Source: a virus (Duplodnaviria; Caudoviricetes). From it: DNA of 64,000 bases. The stretch spans positions 18,856 to 82,855 of the IMG/VR virus record IMGVR_UViG_2721755846_000003. One strand, given 5' to 3'. The notes beneath the pieces are model-generated. The model made no database searches, was not told where the DNA came from, and worked only from the letters and a program-made list of their open reading frames with translations. The translations under genes and the position numbers were made by a program. This document shows positions 1 to 8,516 of this stretch, piece after piece; the stretch's first letter is position 1; each line of letters starts with the position of its first letter.

Positions 1-31
1 CGCCGGCGCTTCAGGGCGTCCGGGTCGGGTC

Positions 32-556
32 CTATGGAACGGTGTACCCCAGCACCTCTCTGGCCGCCACCCTGAAAGCTTCCAGCGCATCCTTCTGATT
101 CGAGTAAGCGTTCAACCTGTCGTCCAAGCCTTCTTGCCTGTCCTCCTTCGGAGGCAGTGTTTTCAGCCATGTCTGGAAGCCCCCGGCTCGATGAAGTTCC
201 CGGGCCGGCGCCAGGATTGACGTAGGTCCACACAGCTCAATGAGGGACAGGGCTGCGTTTGACGCCTCTTCGGCCTCCTGCCACACCGTGAGCAGTTCCG
301 GAGGAACCTTGCCGTTCTCCGGGTTCGTCTTGCCGTCCACGGCTCTACCCGCTGCCTCCATCATCATGTCGGCGCGGATCAGCGCCTGATAGGCCGTCTG
401 CCGGTGCTCACGCTGCCACCGCTCGTCTTCCTTGCGGACCTGCACCGCCAGTGCCTCCTGGCTCACGCGGGCCGCCCTGTGCGCACCCCACATGGCTGCG
501 CCTGCACCAAGTGCCGCACCCACCAACCCAATCACGGCCGTCATCCATTCGCCCAT
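32..556 (-). CDS. Hypothetical protein with N-terminal membrane anchor
   Basis: 174 aa ORF, hydrophobic N-terminus (AVIGLVGAALGAGAAMWG) then charged helical region; divergent from the ParB operon. Confidence 0.7.
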   Translation of the reverse strand: MGEWMTAVIGLVGAALGAGAAMWGAHRAARVSQEALAVQVRKEDERWQREHRQTAYQALIRADMMMEAAGRAVDGKTNPENGKVPPELLTVWQEAEEASNAALSLIELCGPTSILAPARELHRAGGFQTWLKTLPPKEDRQEGLDDRLNAYSNQKDALEAFRVAAREVLGYTVP

Positions 557-612
557 GCGGACAGAGTCTGGCCGTCTCGCTCACCCCGCTGCCACCCGGA
601 GCGACAACCCCC

Positions 613-681
613 AGGCGGAACTTGCACCTCCGCTTATCCTTCTCCGTCGCCCAGGACACCGACCAGGGGGATAAGCCCATG
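613..681 (+). promoter_or_regulatory. RBS-sequestering hairpin with embedded -10-like box upstream of the DNA-modification operon
   Basis: GCTTATCCTTCT (632-643) pairs with AGGGGGATAAGC (665-676), covering the SD before ATG 679; TATCCT at 635-640. Confidence 0.55.
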
Positions 682-1428
682 TCGCAGGCGACGTACGTAC
701 GCACCGCCACGGTGCCGCTCACTGACCTGAGCCCTTACCCGGGCAACGCCCGCAAGGGCGACGTGCGCCTCATCCTGGACAGCCTGCGCACCAGCGGCCA
801 GTACCGATCACTGATCGCCCGTCAACTCCCGGACGGCCGCCTGGTCGTCCTCGCCGGCAACCACACCATGTTCGCCTTGGCGCTCCACGGCCGCGGCCCG
901 TGCCTCCGGACCATCCCCATGGCCGGCCACCCGGAGCAGCCCTGCGCCATCTGCAACGGTGCCCGTTGGGAGCCCTCCGCCCGGGTGGAGGTCGTGGAGT
1001 GCGACGACGAGACCGCGCTCCGCATCAACGTCGTGGACAACCGCGCCGCCGAGAAAGGCGCCTGGGACCTGGACGCCCTCGTCGACCTGCTCTCCTACCT
1101 GCCGGACTACGACGGCACCGGCTACAGCGACCAGGACGTGGAGCGCCTCCTCGCCCCGCCCCCGACGCTCGAGGAACTGGCCGACACCTACGCCCCGCCC
1201 GCGGACTACGGCGACGACCCGCCCGCCGCCGGCCGCCTCGGCATCCCGGCCGGGGACGGCAGCGGCCTGGGCGAGGGGAGTGGCCTGTGGCCCGTGCTGC
1301 GCCTGCGCGTACGCCCGCAGGTCCGTGACGACTTCTACGCAGCCACGGCCGGCTGCCCCACCCCAGGCGACGACGGCGCCCGCCTCGCCTGGCTGCTCGA
1401 ACACACCCGAGAGGACTCCCCCCGATGA
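679..1428 (+). CDS. ParB/sulfiredoxin-like N-terminal domain protein
   Basis: VPLTDLSPYPGNARKGDV...SLRTSGQYRSL...VLAGNHT...DNRAAE..WD, typical phage ParB-like; ATG 679 after SD. Confidence 0.8.
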   Translation: MSQATYVRTATVPLTDLSPYPGNARKGDVRLILDSLRTSGQYRSLIARQLPDGRLVVLAGNHTMFALALHGRGPCLRTIPMAGHPEQPCAICNGARWEPSARVEVVECDDETALRINVVDNRAAEKGAWDLDALVDLLSYLPDYDGTGYSDQDVERLLAPPPTLEELADTYAPPADYGDDPPAAGRLGIPAGDGSGLGEGSGLWPVLRLRVRPQVRDDFYAATAGCPTPGDDGARLAWLLEHTREDSPR

Positions 1429-2144
1429 CCACCGCCACCTACCTGCGCACCGACACCATCCCGGTGGACCAGCTCACCCCGTACCCGGGCAACGCCAAGC
1501 GCGGCGACGTCCCCGCCATCCTGCGGAGCCTGCGCAAGAACGGGCAGTACCGCGGCCTGGTGGTCCGTCAGCAGCCGGACGGCACCCTGGTGGTGCTCGC
1601 CGGCAACCACACCCGCCTGGCGCTCGCCGAGCACGGCCCCGGCGACTGCGGCGTCAAGGAGTGCGGCCTCTGCCGCAACAGCCCGGACTGGACCCCGGCA
1701 GCCCGCTGCGAGGTGGTCGAGTGCGACGACGCCACCGCGCTGCGGGTCAACCTGGCAGACAACCGCACGGCCGAGCTGGGCCACACCGACTACGCGGCCC
1801 TGGCCGACCTGCTCGGCACCCTGGACGACTTCGGCGGCACCGGCTACAACGACCAGGACGTCGCCGACATCACCCAGCTGATCGCGCTCCCACAGGACGA
1901 CGTCAAGGGCGACCCCCGCCCGCCGTCCGGATCCACGGCAGCCGGGGACGGCCCCGGCCCGGGCAGCCACGACGACGAGGCGAGCCCAGAGGCGTTCCTG
2001 CCCGTCATCACCCTGCGCGTCAGTCACGCCACATTCGACCGCTGGCGCGACGCCCTGGACGCCCACCCGGGAGAGGACGACGCCGCCAAGCTGCTCGGCC
2101 TGCTCGCTGAGCTGGAGGCCTACCGCGCCCGGGCGGCCGCATGA
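1425..2144 (+). CDS. ParB-like protein, tandem paralog of 679..1428
   Basis: IPVDQLTPYPGNAKRGDV...VLAGNHTR...LADNRTAELG; ATGA overlap. Confidence 0.8.
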   Translation: MTTATYLRTDTIPVDQLTPYPGNAKRGDVPAILRSLRKNGQYRGLVVRQQPDGTLVVLAGNHTRLALAEHGPGDCGVKECGLCRNSPDWTPAARCEVVECDDATALRVNLADNRTAELGHTDYAALADLLGTLDDFGGTGYNDQDVADITQLIALPQDDVKGDPRPPSGSTAAGDGPGPGSHDDEASPEAFLPVITLRVSHATFDRWRDALDAHPGEDDAAKLLGLLAELEAYRARAAA

Positions 2145-3073
2145 CCGCCACCGCGTCCAACCCCGGCCAGCCCTTCAAGGTGCTGTGCTCCTACGCCTAC
2201 TTCCGCGGCCACAACTTCGGGCCTCTGCTGGAGAGCGTCCACCAGGGCCCGACCATGGTCTTCGGGGACTCCGGCGCCCACTCCGCCCGCACCCTGGGCA
2301 TCTCCCTGACCCTGGACGGCTATGCGGCCTGGTGCCACCGCTGGGACCAGCACCTCACCCTGTACGCCAACCTGGACGTCATCGGCGCCCCAGAGGCCAC
2401 ATGGCGCAACCAGCGCGCACTGGAGGAGCAGCACGGCCTCACCCCGATCCCCGTGTTCCACACCGGTGAACCGTGGAGCTACCTGGAGCGGTACATCGAC
2501 GAGGGATACACGTACATCGCCCTCGGCAAGCTCCTCGGCAACCCGCTCGATGAGCTGCTGCCCTGGCTCGACAAGGCATTCAGCATCGCCGGCGACCGGG
2601 CCGTCTTCCACGGCTTCGGCATGACCGTGTGGGACGTGGTGCGCCGACTGCCCTTCTACAGCGTGGACTCCTCCACCTGGACCCAGCCGTACCGGTTCGG
2701 GATCGTCAAGCTCTTCGACCACCACCGCGGCCAGTGGGTCAACTTCCTCATGCGGGACAAGCAGAAGGTCCTCCAGCACCGGGACCTGCTGCGGGCCCAC
2801 CACACCGACCCGCTCATCTACGCCTCCCACGGAACCTACGACCGCACCGAGGCCACCGTCACCGCGGCCGTGGCCTGGCGCCGCGCGGAGGCATTCCTGC
2901 GCGCCCGGCACGGACCCATCGCCATGCCACCCAGCGACCGCAACCCGATCACCCGCCACGGCGGTACGGCCACGCCCGGCCTGCACCTGTACCTGGCGGA
3001 GTCCACCACCACCAACATCTACCGGGCCAGCAAGGGCGTACGGGCCCGGGCCCACCTGGAGGCCACCCGATGA
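2141..3073 (+). CDS. dpdA: DpdA-like DNA 7-deazaguanine transglycosylase (TGT fold)
   Basis: Motifs FGDSGAHS, NLDVIG, PVFH, FHGFG, SVDSSTW as in phage TGT-like proteins; adjacent to queD/queE/folE. Confidence 0.72.
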   Translation: MTATASNPGQPFKVLCSYAYFRGHNFGPLLESVHQGPTMVFGDSGAHSARTLGISLTLDGYAAWCHRWDQHLTLYANLDVIGAPEATWRNQRALEEQHGLTPIPVFHTGEPWSYLERYIDEGYTYIALGKLLGNPLDELLPWLDKAFSIAGDRAVFHGFGMTVWDVVRRLPFYSVDSSTWTQPYRFGIVKLFDHHRGQWVNFLMRDKQKVLQHRDLLRAHHTDPLIYASHGTYDRTEATVTAAVAWRRAEAFLRARHGPIAMPPSDRNPITRHGGTATPGLHLYLAESTTTNIYRASKGVRARAHLEATR

Positions 3074-3579
3074 GCGGCACCCCCACCCCGCAGCCCTGCG
3101 AGATCCCCCACGCGACCAGGCAAGAAGAGGAGGAATGCGAGCGGCGCCGCCTCGCCGCACCGGACACCACCACCCTCATCCGCACCGTCACGGTCGGCCC
3201 GATCGGCATCTTCTTCACCAACGTCAACAGGGCCATGGGCCTGCGCGCCCACTCCCACACCGGTGCCGTCACCGTCGTCTACGACACGATCGGCCGCCAC
3301 GGCTACCCCTCCTTCGCGGAGACGAACGCCGCCCTGGAGCGCCGCATCCACGAGCTGACCCGGGCCGTGTTCAAGGACGCCACCAACGAGGACATCGCCG
3401 ACCGCCTGTTCTCCCACCTCGACGGCTACACAGCGCCGGAGTGGGAGAGCTGGGGCGGCGCCTACAACCTGCGTGCCGTCCACCTTGACGTCATCGGCGT
3501 CCGGGACGCCATCGGCCACGACACCGGCACCACCCGCTACACCGTCGCCCGCACCCACCCCCAGGAGCACCAGTCATGA
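3070..3579 (+). CDS. T-fold QueD-like paralog, candidate CDG decarboxylase (DpdL-like)
   Basis: HSH motif and TNEDIA resembling QueD HxH and PTxExxA but lacking the catalytic Cys; lies between dpdA and queD. Confidence 0.5.
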   Translation: MSGTPTPQPCEIPHATRQEEEECERRRLAAPDTTTLIRTVTVGPIGIFFTNVNRAMGLRAHSHTGAVTVVYDTIGRHGYPSFAETNAALERRIHELTRAVFKDATNEDIADRLFSHLDGYTAPEWESWGGAYNLRAVHLDVIGVRDAIGHDTGTTRYTVARTHPQEHQS

Positions 3580-4028
3580 GCCACCACGTCACGGTCCGGC
3601 ACAACTTCGAGACCGCCCACCGCGTGCCGCACCTGCCCGGCAAGTGCACCAACCTGCACGGCCACTCCTGGTGGGCAGAGATCACCGTCACCGCACCAGA
3701 GCTGTCCCGCAGCGGCCTGGTCGTGGAGTTCGGCGCCTTCAAGAAGCTGCTGCGCCGGTGGATCGATGACTACCTGGACCACGGCGCCATGCTCGGCGCC
3801 CAGGACGCCCTCCTGCCCATCCTGCGCGCCCACGGCTCCAAGGTGTACGAGGTGACCGGCTGGCCCACCGTGGAGGCCACGGCCGAGCTGCTCGCCCACG
3901 TCGCCGGCGACATCCTCACGGACCTGGTGCGCGCGGAGGGCGCCTACGTCTCCCGAGTCCACGTCACCGAGACCCATGTCAACGGCGCCACCTGGACCGC
4001 GCCCGCCCCGGCCGGGACCGCCGCATGA
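3576..4028 (+). CDS. queD: 6-carboxy-5,6,7,8-tetrahydropterin synthase QueD
   Basis: FETAHR, GKCTNLHGHSW, LDH, PTVE, VTET motifs. Confidence 0.92.
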   Translation: MSHHVTVRHNFETAHRVPHLPGKCTNLHGHSWWAEITVTAPELSRSGLVVEFGAFKKLLRRWIDDYLDHGAMLGAQDALLPILRAHGSKVYEVTGWPTVEATAELLAHVAGDILTDLVRAEGAYVSRVHVTETHVNGATWTAPAPAGTAA

Positions 4029-4756
4029 CCCCCGACACCGTCACCGTCGACACCACCGACACCCTCGTCATCCGAGAAGTGTTCGGCTGCACCGTGCAAG
4101 GAGAGGGACCCTCCTGCGGGCGGCGCTGCTCGTTCATCCGCCTGGGCGGCTGCAATCTGACCTGTGGCTGGTGCGACACCCCGGAGACCTGGGACGCGGG
4201 CCGATTCGACCTGCGCCAGACCCTCACCCGCACCCCCGTCGCCGAGATCGTCACCCGCGCCCTGGAGGGCGACCCCGGCATGGTCGTCATCACCGGCGGG
4301 GAACCCCTGCTCCACCAGCGCAAGGACGGCTGGCGCTCCCTCCTCGGCGCGCTCATCCTCGCCGGCACGGAGATCGAGGTGGAGACCAACGGCACCCAGG
4401 AGCCCGAGGAGCACACCGCCCGCTGGGTGACCCGCTTCAACGTCTCGCCCAAGCTCGCCCACGCCGGCGACCCCGCGGACAAGCGCATCCGCCCCGGCGC
4501 CCTGTACGCCCTGCACGACACCCACAAAGCCGTCTTCAAGTTCGTCTGCCGCAACACCGCCGACGTCCACGAGGTACAGGCGTTCACCGCCGCCTACGGC
4601 ATCCCGCCCGGCCTGGTGTGGGTGATGCCCGAGGGCACCGACACCGCCACCATCTCCACCCGCCTGGGGGAGATCGCCGACCCGGCCATCGCCGCCGGAT
4701 TCAACCTGAGCACCCGCCTGCATGTACATGCCTGGGGCGACGAGAAAGGCCGATAG
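4025..4756 (+). CDS. queE: 7-carboxy-7-deazaguanine synthase QueE (radical SAM)
   Basis: TVQGEG, FIRLGGCNLTCGWCDT, ITGGEP, ETNGT, VSPK, RLH motifs. Confidence 0.93.
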   Translation: MTPDTVTVDTTDTLVIREVFGCTVQGEGPSCGRRCSFIRLGGCNLTCGWCDTPETWDAGRFDLRQTLTRTPVAEIVTRALEGDPGMVVITGGEPLLHQRKDGWRSLLGALILAGTEIEVETNGTQEPEEHTARWVTRFNVSPKLAHAGDPADKRIRPGALYALHDTHKAVFKFVCRNTADVHEVQAFTAAYGIPPGLVWVMPEGTDTATISTRLGEIADPAIAAGFNLSTRLHVHAWGDEKGR

Positions 4757-4760
4757 ACCC

Positions 4761-5432
4761 ATGACCACCACCGAGCCCAAGGGCCTGCGGATCGCCCCCG
4801 GCGCCCTCACCCCCAAGCCCTCCCGCTCCATCACCGTCCCGGCCCCCGCCTACCCGGGCGACCCGCTGCCCGGCGCCGTGGCGCTCCAGGCCGGCGTACG
4901 GGCCTGGCTGGAGGCCCGCGGCCTGGACGCGGACGCCCCGGACCTGGTGGACACCCCCGCCCGCGTGCTCCGGGCCCTCAACGAGATGACCGCCGGCTAC
5001 GACGAGGACCCCGCCCAGCACCTCGCCCGGACGTTCCCGGCCCAGCACGCCGGGACGCCGATCGTCGTCACCGGGGTGCCGTTCACGTCGCTCTGCGCCC
5101 ACCACCTGCTCCCGTTCACCGGGCACGCGGACATCGCCTACCAGCCCCGCTTGGGCGACCCCGTGGCCGGACTGTCCAAGCTGCCGCGCGTCCTGGACGT
5201 GTACGCCCGCCGCCTTCAGACGCAGGAAGACCTCACCCGCCAGGTGACCGCCGCCCTGGACGAGCACCTGGCCCCGCTCGGCGCCGCGTGCGTCATCCGC
5301 TCCGAACACGGTTGCCTCGCCCACCGAGGGGCGCGCAAGCCCGGCGCCGTCATGGTCACCGCGTCCTACACCGGGTGCTTCGACGCCGACGTGTACCGGC
5401 GGGAGGAGCTGCACCGCCTCATGTCCGGCTGA
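4761..5432 (+). CDS. folE: GTP cyclohydrolase I FolE
   Basis: DTPARV, SLCAHHLLPF, GLSKLPR, RRLQTQE, HGCLAHRG motifs. Confidence 0.93.
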   Translation: MTTTEPKGLRIAPGALTPKPSRSITVPAPAYPGDPLPGAVALQAGVRAWLEARGLDADAPDLVDTPARVLRALNEMTAGYDEDPAQHLARTFPAQHAGTPIVVTGVPFTSLCAHHLLPFTGHADIAYQPRLGDPVAGLSKLPRVLDVYARRLQTQEDLTRQVTAALDEHLAPLGAACVIRSEHGCLAHRGARKPGAVMVTASYTGCFDADVYRREELHRLMSG

Positions 5433-5479
5433 CCCCCCGATATGCGAACCAATAGGCACATGCGAACGGAGGGCACCCG

Positions 5480-5929
5480 ATGAGCGCCAGCAGGGCCAAG
5501 CGCGCCCAGGTCGCGGAGCGCCGCGCCAAGGCCATCGCCATGGTGCTGGCCGGAGTCGATTACGAGACGATCGCCGACCGGCTCGGCTACGCGAGCAGAG
5601 GCGCCGCGCACACCGACGTGGACCGCGCCCTGGCCGCGAACCTCACCGACCTGGAGACCTCGGCGGGCAGCCTGCGGGAGGTCCAGTTCATGCGCTACCA
5701 GCGGCTGCTGGCCGCCCTGTGGCCCAAGGCCCTCAAGGGCGACCTGAAAGCGGTGGAGGGAGCGGCGCGGCTGGTCGACCGCATCGTGAAGCTTTGGGGC
5801 CTGGCCGAGCCGGAGCGGCTGGACCTCAACGTGGACGCCCAGCGCCTGGGGGACGAGATCCTGGCGCTCCTGCGCGAGCAGACCAGCGACGGCGACGAGG
5901 GCGACGAGGATGCGTCTGACCTGCCGTAA
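5480..5929 (+). CDS. terS: Terminase small subunit (HTH)
   Basis: AERRAKAIAMVLAGVDYETIADRLGY HTH; upstream of terL. Confidence 0.7.
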   Translation: MSASRAKRAQVAERRAKAIAMVLAGVDYETIADRLGYASRGAAHTDVDRALAANLTDLETSAGSLREVQFMRYQRLLAALWPKALKGDLKAVEGAARLVDRIVKLWGLAEPERLDLNVDAQRLGDEILALLREQTSDGDEGDEDASDLP

Positions 5930-5936
5930 CGACCCT

Positions 5937-5975
5937 GTACCAGGGCACGAGGCGCGCGATCTTGTGCCCTGGTGC
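5937..5975 (+). terminator. Stem-loop after terS
   Basis: GTACCAGGGCACGAG / CTTGTGCCCTGGTGC inverted repeat. Confidence 0.5.
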
Positions 5976-5995
5976 GCACCTACCATTTCGGCCAT

Positions 5996-6071
5996 AAGCC
6001 CCGCGGCGGCAGCCACCACCACGGGGCGGTGCCAGACCTACCGACCCTGTGATGACGAGAGGTCCGACGTG
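5996..6071 (+). promoter_or_regulatory. HNH leader, copy 1 (most diverged)
   Basis: AAGCCCCGCGGCGG-CAGCCA-CCACCACGGGGC hairpin, then GACCT...AGGTC pairing over the SD; TACCAT at 5981-5986. Confidence 0.55.
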
Positions 6072-6848
6072 CCCGACCGTACCTGTGTGACGCCGCGCTG
6101 CGGCAAGTCCCCTGCCCCCCACCGTGCCCGCCTCGGCTCCGGGCACTGGTGCATGTCCTGCCTGGACCACTGGCGCAGGAAGGGCACCGACCCGGCCGAG
6201 CGCCAGGCCCTGCGCCCCGTCGCCGACTCCTGCCCCGTCCTGGAGGGCGGCGTACGGTGCGGGCGGCCCGTGGCCGTGAAGCGCACCGGCTGGTGCCAGA
6301 TGCACCGCAAGGTCGCCCAGAACAACGGCGGCGACCCCACCGCCCGCAAGCGCGCCCCGCGCGGCTCCCTGCTCGCCCTCGTGCGCGCTGCGGCAGTCGC
6401 CACGACCGAGGAGTGCATCATCCCGCCCGGGTGGGAGCAGCGGCCCATCCTGCGCCTTGACGGCGAGCAGATGACCGCAGCCCGGGCCGTGTGGAAGCTC
6501 GCCCACGGGGACCCCGGCGACCAGCAAGTGCTCCACACCTGCAACGAGGGCGACGGCTCACACGGCTGCATCAGCATCCGCCACCTGTACCTGGGCGACC
6601 ACGCCGACAACACCCAGGACCGGCTGGACGCCGAGCGGCAGGCGCGCGGCGAGGGGCACGCCAGGCACGTCCTGACGGAGGCCCAGGTGCTCGACGCCCG
6701 CCGCCGTCACGTGCCCGGCCGGGCCGGGAACACCCGGGCGCTCGCCGAGGAGTTCAGCGTGGCCGTCACCACCATGCGCAACGCCGTCGGTGGGCGATCA
6801 TGGCGACATCTGGAGGGGGTGCCGCGTGGCGACGCTGGAGGAGCTTGA
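6069..6848 (+). CDS. HNH homing endonuclease-like protein with Cys-rich N-terminus and C-terminal HTH
   Basis: VLHTCN...CISIRHLYLGDHADN; LTEAQV...LAEEFSV...W tail; GTG 6069. Confidence 0.82.
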   Translation: MPDRTCVTPRCGKSPAPHRARLGSGHWCMSCLDHWRRKGTDPAERQALRPVADSCPVLEGGVRCGRPVAVKRTGWCQMHRKVAQNNGGDPTARKRAPRGSLLALVRAAAVATTEECIIPPGWEQRPILRLDGEQMTAARAVWKLAHGDPGDQQVLHTCNEGDGSHGCISIRHLYLGDHADNTQDRLDAERQARGEGHARHVLTEAQVLDARRRHVPGRAGNTRALAEEFSVAVTTMRNAVGGRSWRHLEGVPRGDAGGA

Positions 6849-8457
6849 GGCGCAGGTCGTCGCTCTCGTGCGCGCGGGGGACACCAAGTCCCTCCGCGCG
6901 CTGCGGGACCGCGTCAAGGCGCAGCACACCAGTAAGCGCGCCCGCCGGGTCACGCGGTACATGTACGACCCGGTGGGGTGGGCCCGGCACTGCATCGCCT
7001 GGGATGAGGGGGAGGGCCTGGCCGCCTACCAGGAGGACGTCCTGGCCGCGCTCCCCGTCCACCGCCGCGTCGCCGTCCGTGGCCCCCACGGCCTGGGCAA
7101 GACCGCCCAGGCCGCCATCACCGTCCTGTGGTTCGCCACCACCCGGGAGGCCGCCGGTATCGACTGGAAGGTCATCATGACCGCCAGTGCCTGGCGCCAC
7201 TTGTCGGTGTACCTGGTGCCCGAGGTGAGGAAGTGGGCCAAGCGCATCCGGTGGGACGTGCTCGGCCGGCCGCCGTTCTCGGAGCGCACCGAGCTGCTGG
7301 CGCTCAACCTGAAGCTGGTCAACGGCGCGGCCACCCCCGTGGCCTCCAACAAGCCGGAGCTGATCGAGGGCGCGCACGCCGACTCCCTGCTTTACCTCAT
7401 CGACGAGGCCAAGATCGTCCCTGACGGCACGTGGGACGCCATCGAGGGCGCTTTCTCAGGCGGCCGCATGGACGGCCTTCCGGAGGCTTTCGCGTTCGCC
7501 ATCTCCACCCCGGGCCCGCCCGCCGGACGGTTCTACGACATCCACAAGCGCGCCCCCGGCCTGGAGGACTGGCACGTACGGCACGTGACGCTCGAGGAGG
7601 CCATCGCCGCCGGCCGCATCTCGCCTCAGTGGGCCGAGCAGCGCGCCAAGCAGTGGGGCCGGGACTCCGCCATGTTCGCCAACCGCGTCCTGGGGGAGTT
7701 CCACGCCTCCGACGAGGACAGCGTCATCCCCCTGTCGTGGGTGGACGCCGCGATCGAGCGGTGGCACGAGTGGGACCAGGCCAGCCGCCCCGCCCCGGAC
7801 GGCCGCCGCGTGCTCGGCGTCGACGTCGCCCGAGCCGGCGGGGACTCCACCGTGCTGGCGCACCGTCTGGGCCTGGTCGTCGCCGAGCTGGAGATCCATG
7901 ACCGGGAGGACACCATGCAGACCACCGCCCGCGTTCAGGCTGCCCTGGGTGAGGAGCCAGGCGGCGCCGTCGCCGTGGTCGACTCGGTCGGCGTGGGTGG
8001 TGGCGTCATCGACCGCTCCCGGGAGCTGCGCGTGCCCGTGCTGGCCTACACCGGCGCGGCCGGTACCAAGCTGCGCACCCGAGACGGGCAGTACGGGTTC
8101 ACCAACACCCGCAGCGCCGCGTACTGGAGGCTGCGGGAGCTGCTGGACCCCGCGTTCGGCGCCCTGCTCGCCCTCCCGCCGGATGACCTGCTGGTGTCCG
8201 ACCTGACGACGCCCACGTGGGACATCACCACCGGCGTGCCGCCCAAGATCAAAGTGGAGCCCAAGGACGACGTGGTCGCCCGCCTCGGCCGCTCCCCGGA
8301 CAGGGGCGATGCGGTCGCCATGGCCATGTACGCGGACCACCTGGCCGCGTCCAAGGTCCACGCCCCCGGCGGCCAGCGAGACGGCCGGCCCTCCCGCGCC
8401 GCCGCCCGCTACGGCCGCCCGACGACCCAGGGCCTGCCACCGTCCAAGTTCACCTAG
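6826..8457 (+). CDS. terL: Terminase large subunit
   Basis: Walker A GPHGLGKT, Walker B YLIDEAK, ISTP, nuclease GVDVARAGGDST, C-terminal RSPDRGDA. Confidence 0.93.
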   Translation: MATLEELEAQVVALVRAGDTKSLRALRDRVKAQHTSKRARRVTRYMYDPVGWARHCIAWDEGEGLAAYQEDVLAALPVHRRVAVRGPHGLGKTAQAAITVLWFATTREAAGIDWKVIMTASAWRHLSVYLVPEVRKWAKRIRWDVLGRPPFSERTELLALNLKLVNGAATPVASNKPELIEGAHADSLLYLIDEAKIVPDGTWDAIEGAFSGGRMDGLPEAFAFAISTPGPPAGRFYDIHKRAPGLEDWHVRHVTLEEAIAAGRISPQWAEQRAKQWGRDSAMFANRVLGEFHASDEDSVIPLSWVDAAIERWHEWDQASRPAPDGRRVLGVDVARAGGDSTVLAHRLGLVVAELEIHDREDTMQTTARVQAALGEEPGGAVAVVDSVGVGGGVIDRSRELRVPVLAYTGAAGTKLRTRDGQYGFTNTRSAAYWRLRELLDPAFGALLALPPDDLLVSDLTTPTWDITTGVPPKIKVEPKDDVVARLGRSPDRGDAVAMAMYADHLAASKVHAPGGQRDGRPSRAAARYGRPTTQGLPPSKFT

Positions 8458-8473
8458 ACCCGGGTCGGGTCCA

Positions 8474-8503
8474 CGTCACCAGTCGGTGCGGCGACCGGTG
8501 ACG
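8474..8503. terminator. Stem-loop between convergent terL and PIN gene
   Basis: CGTCACCAGTCG / CGACCGGTGACG inverted repeat. Confidence 0.5.
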
Positions 8504-8516
8504 GACGGCTGGAGGC

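Noticed and set aside
600-680. preQ1 riboswitch upstream of the que genes
   Set aside because: No class I stem-loop plus A-rich tail is visible; the structure is a simple anti-SD stem
2141-5432. Host tRNA queuosine pathway
   Set aside because: No queC, queF, queA or canonical tgt, and the genes are embedded in a phage packaging operon
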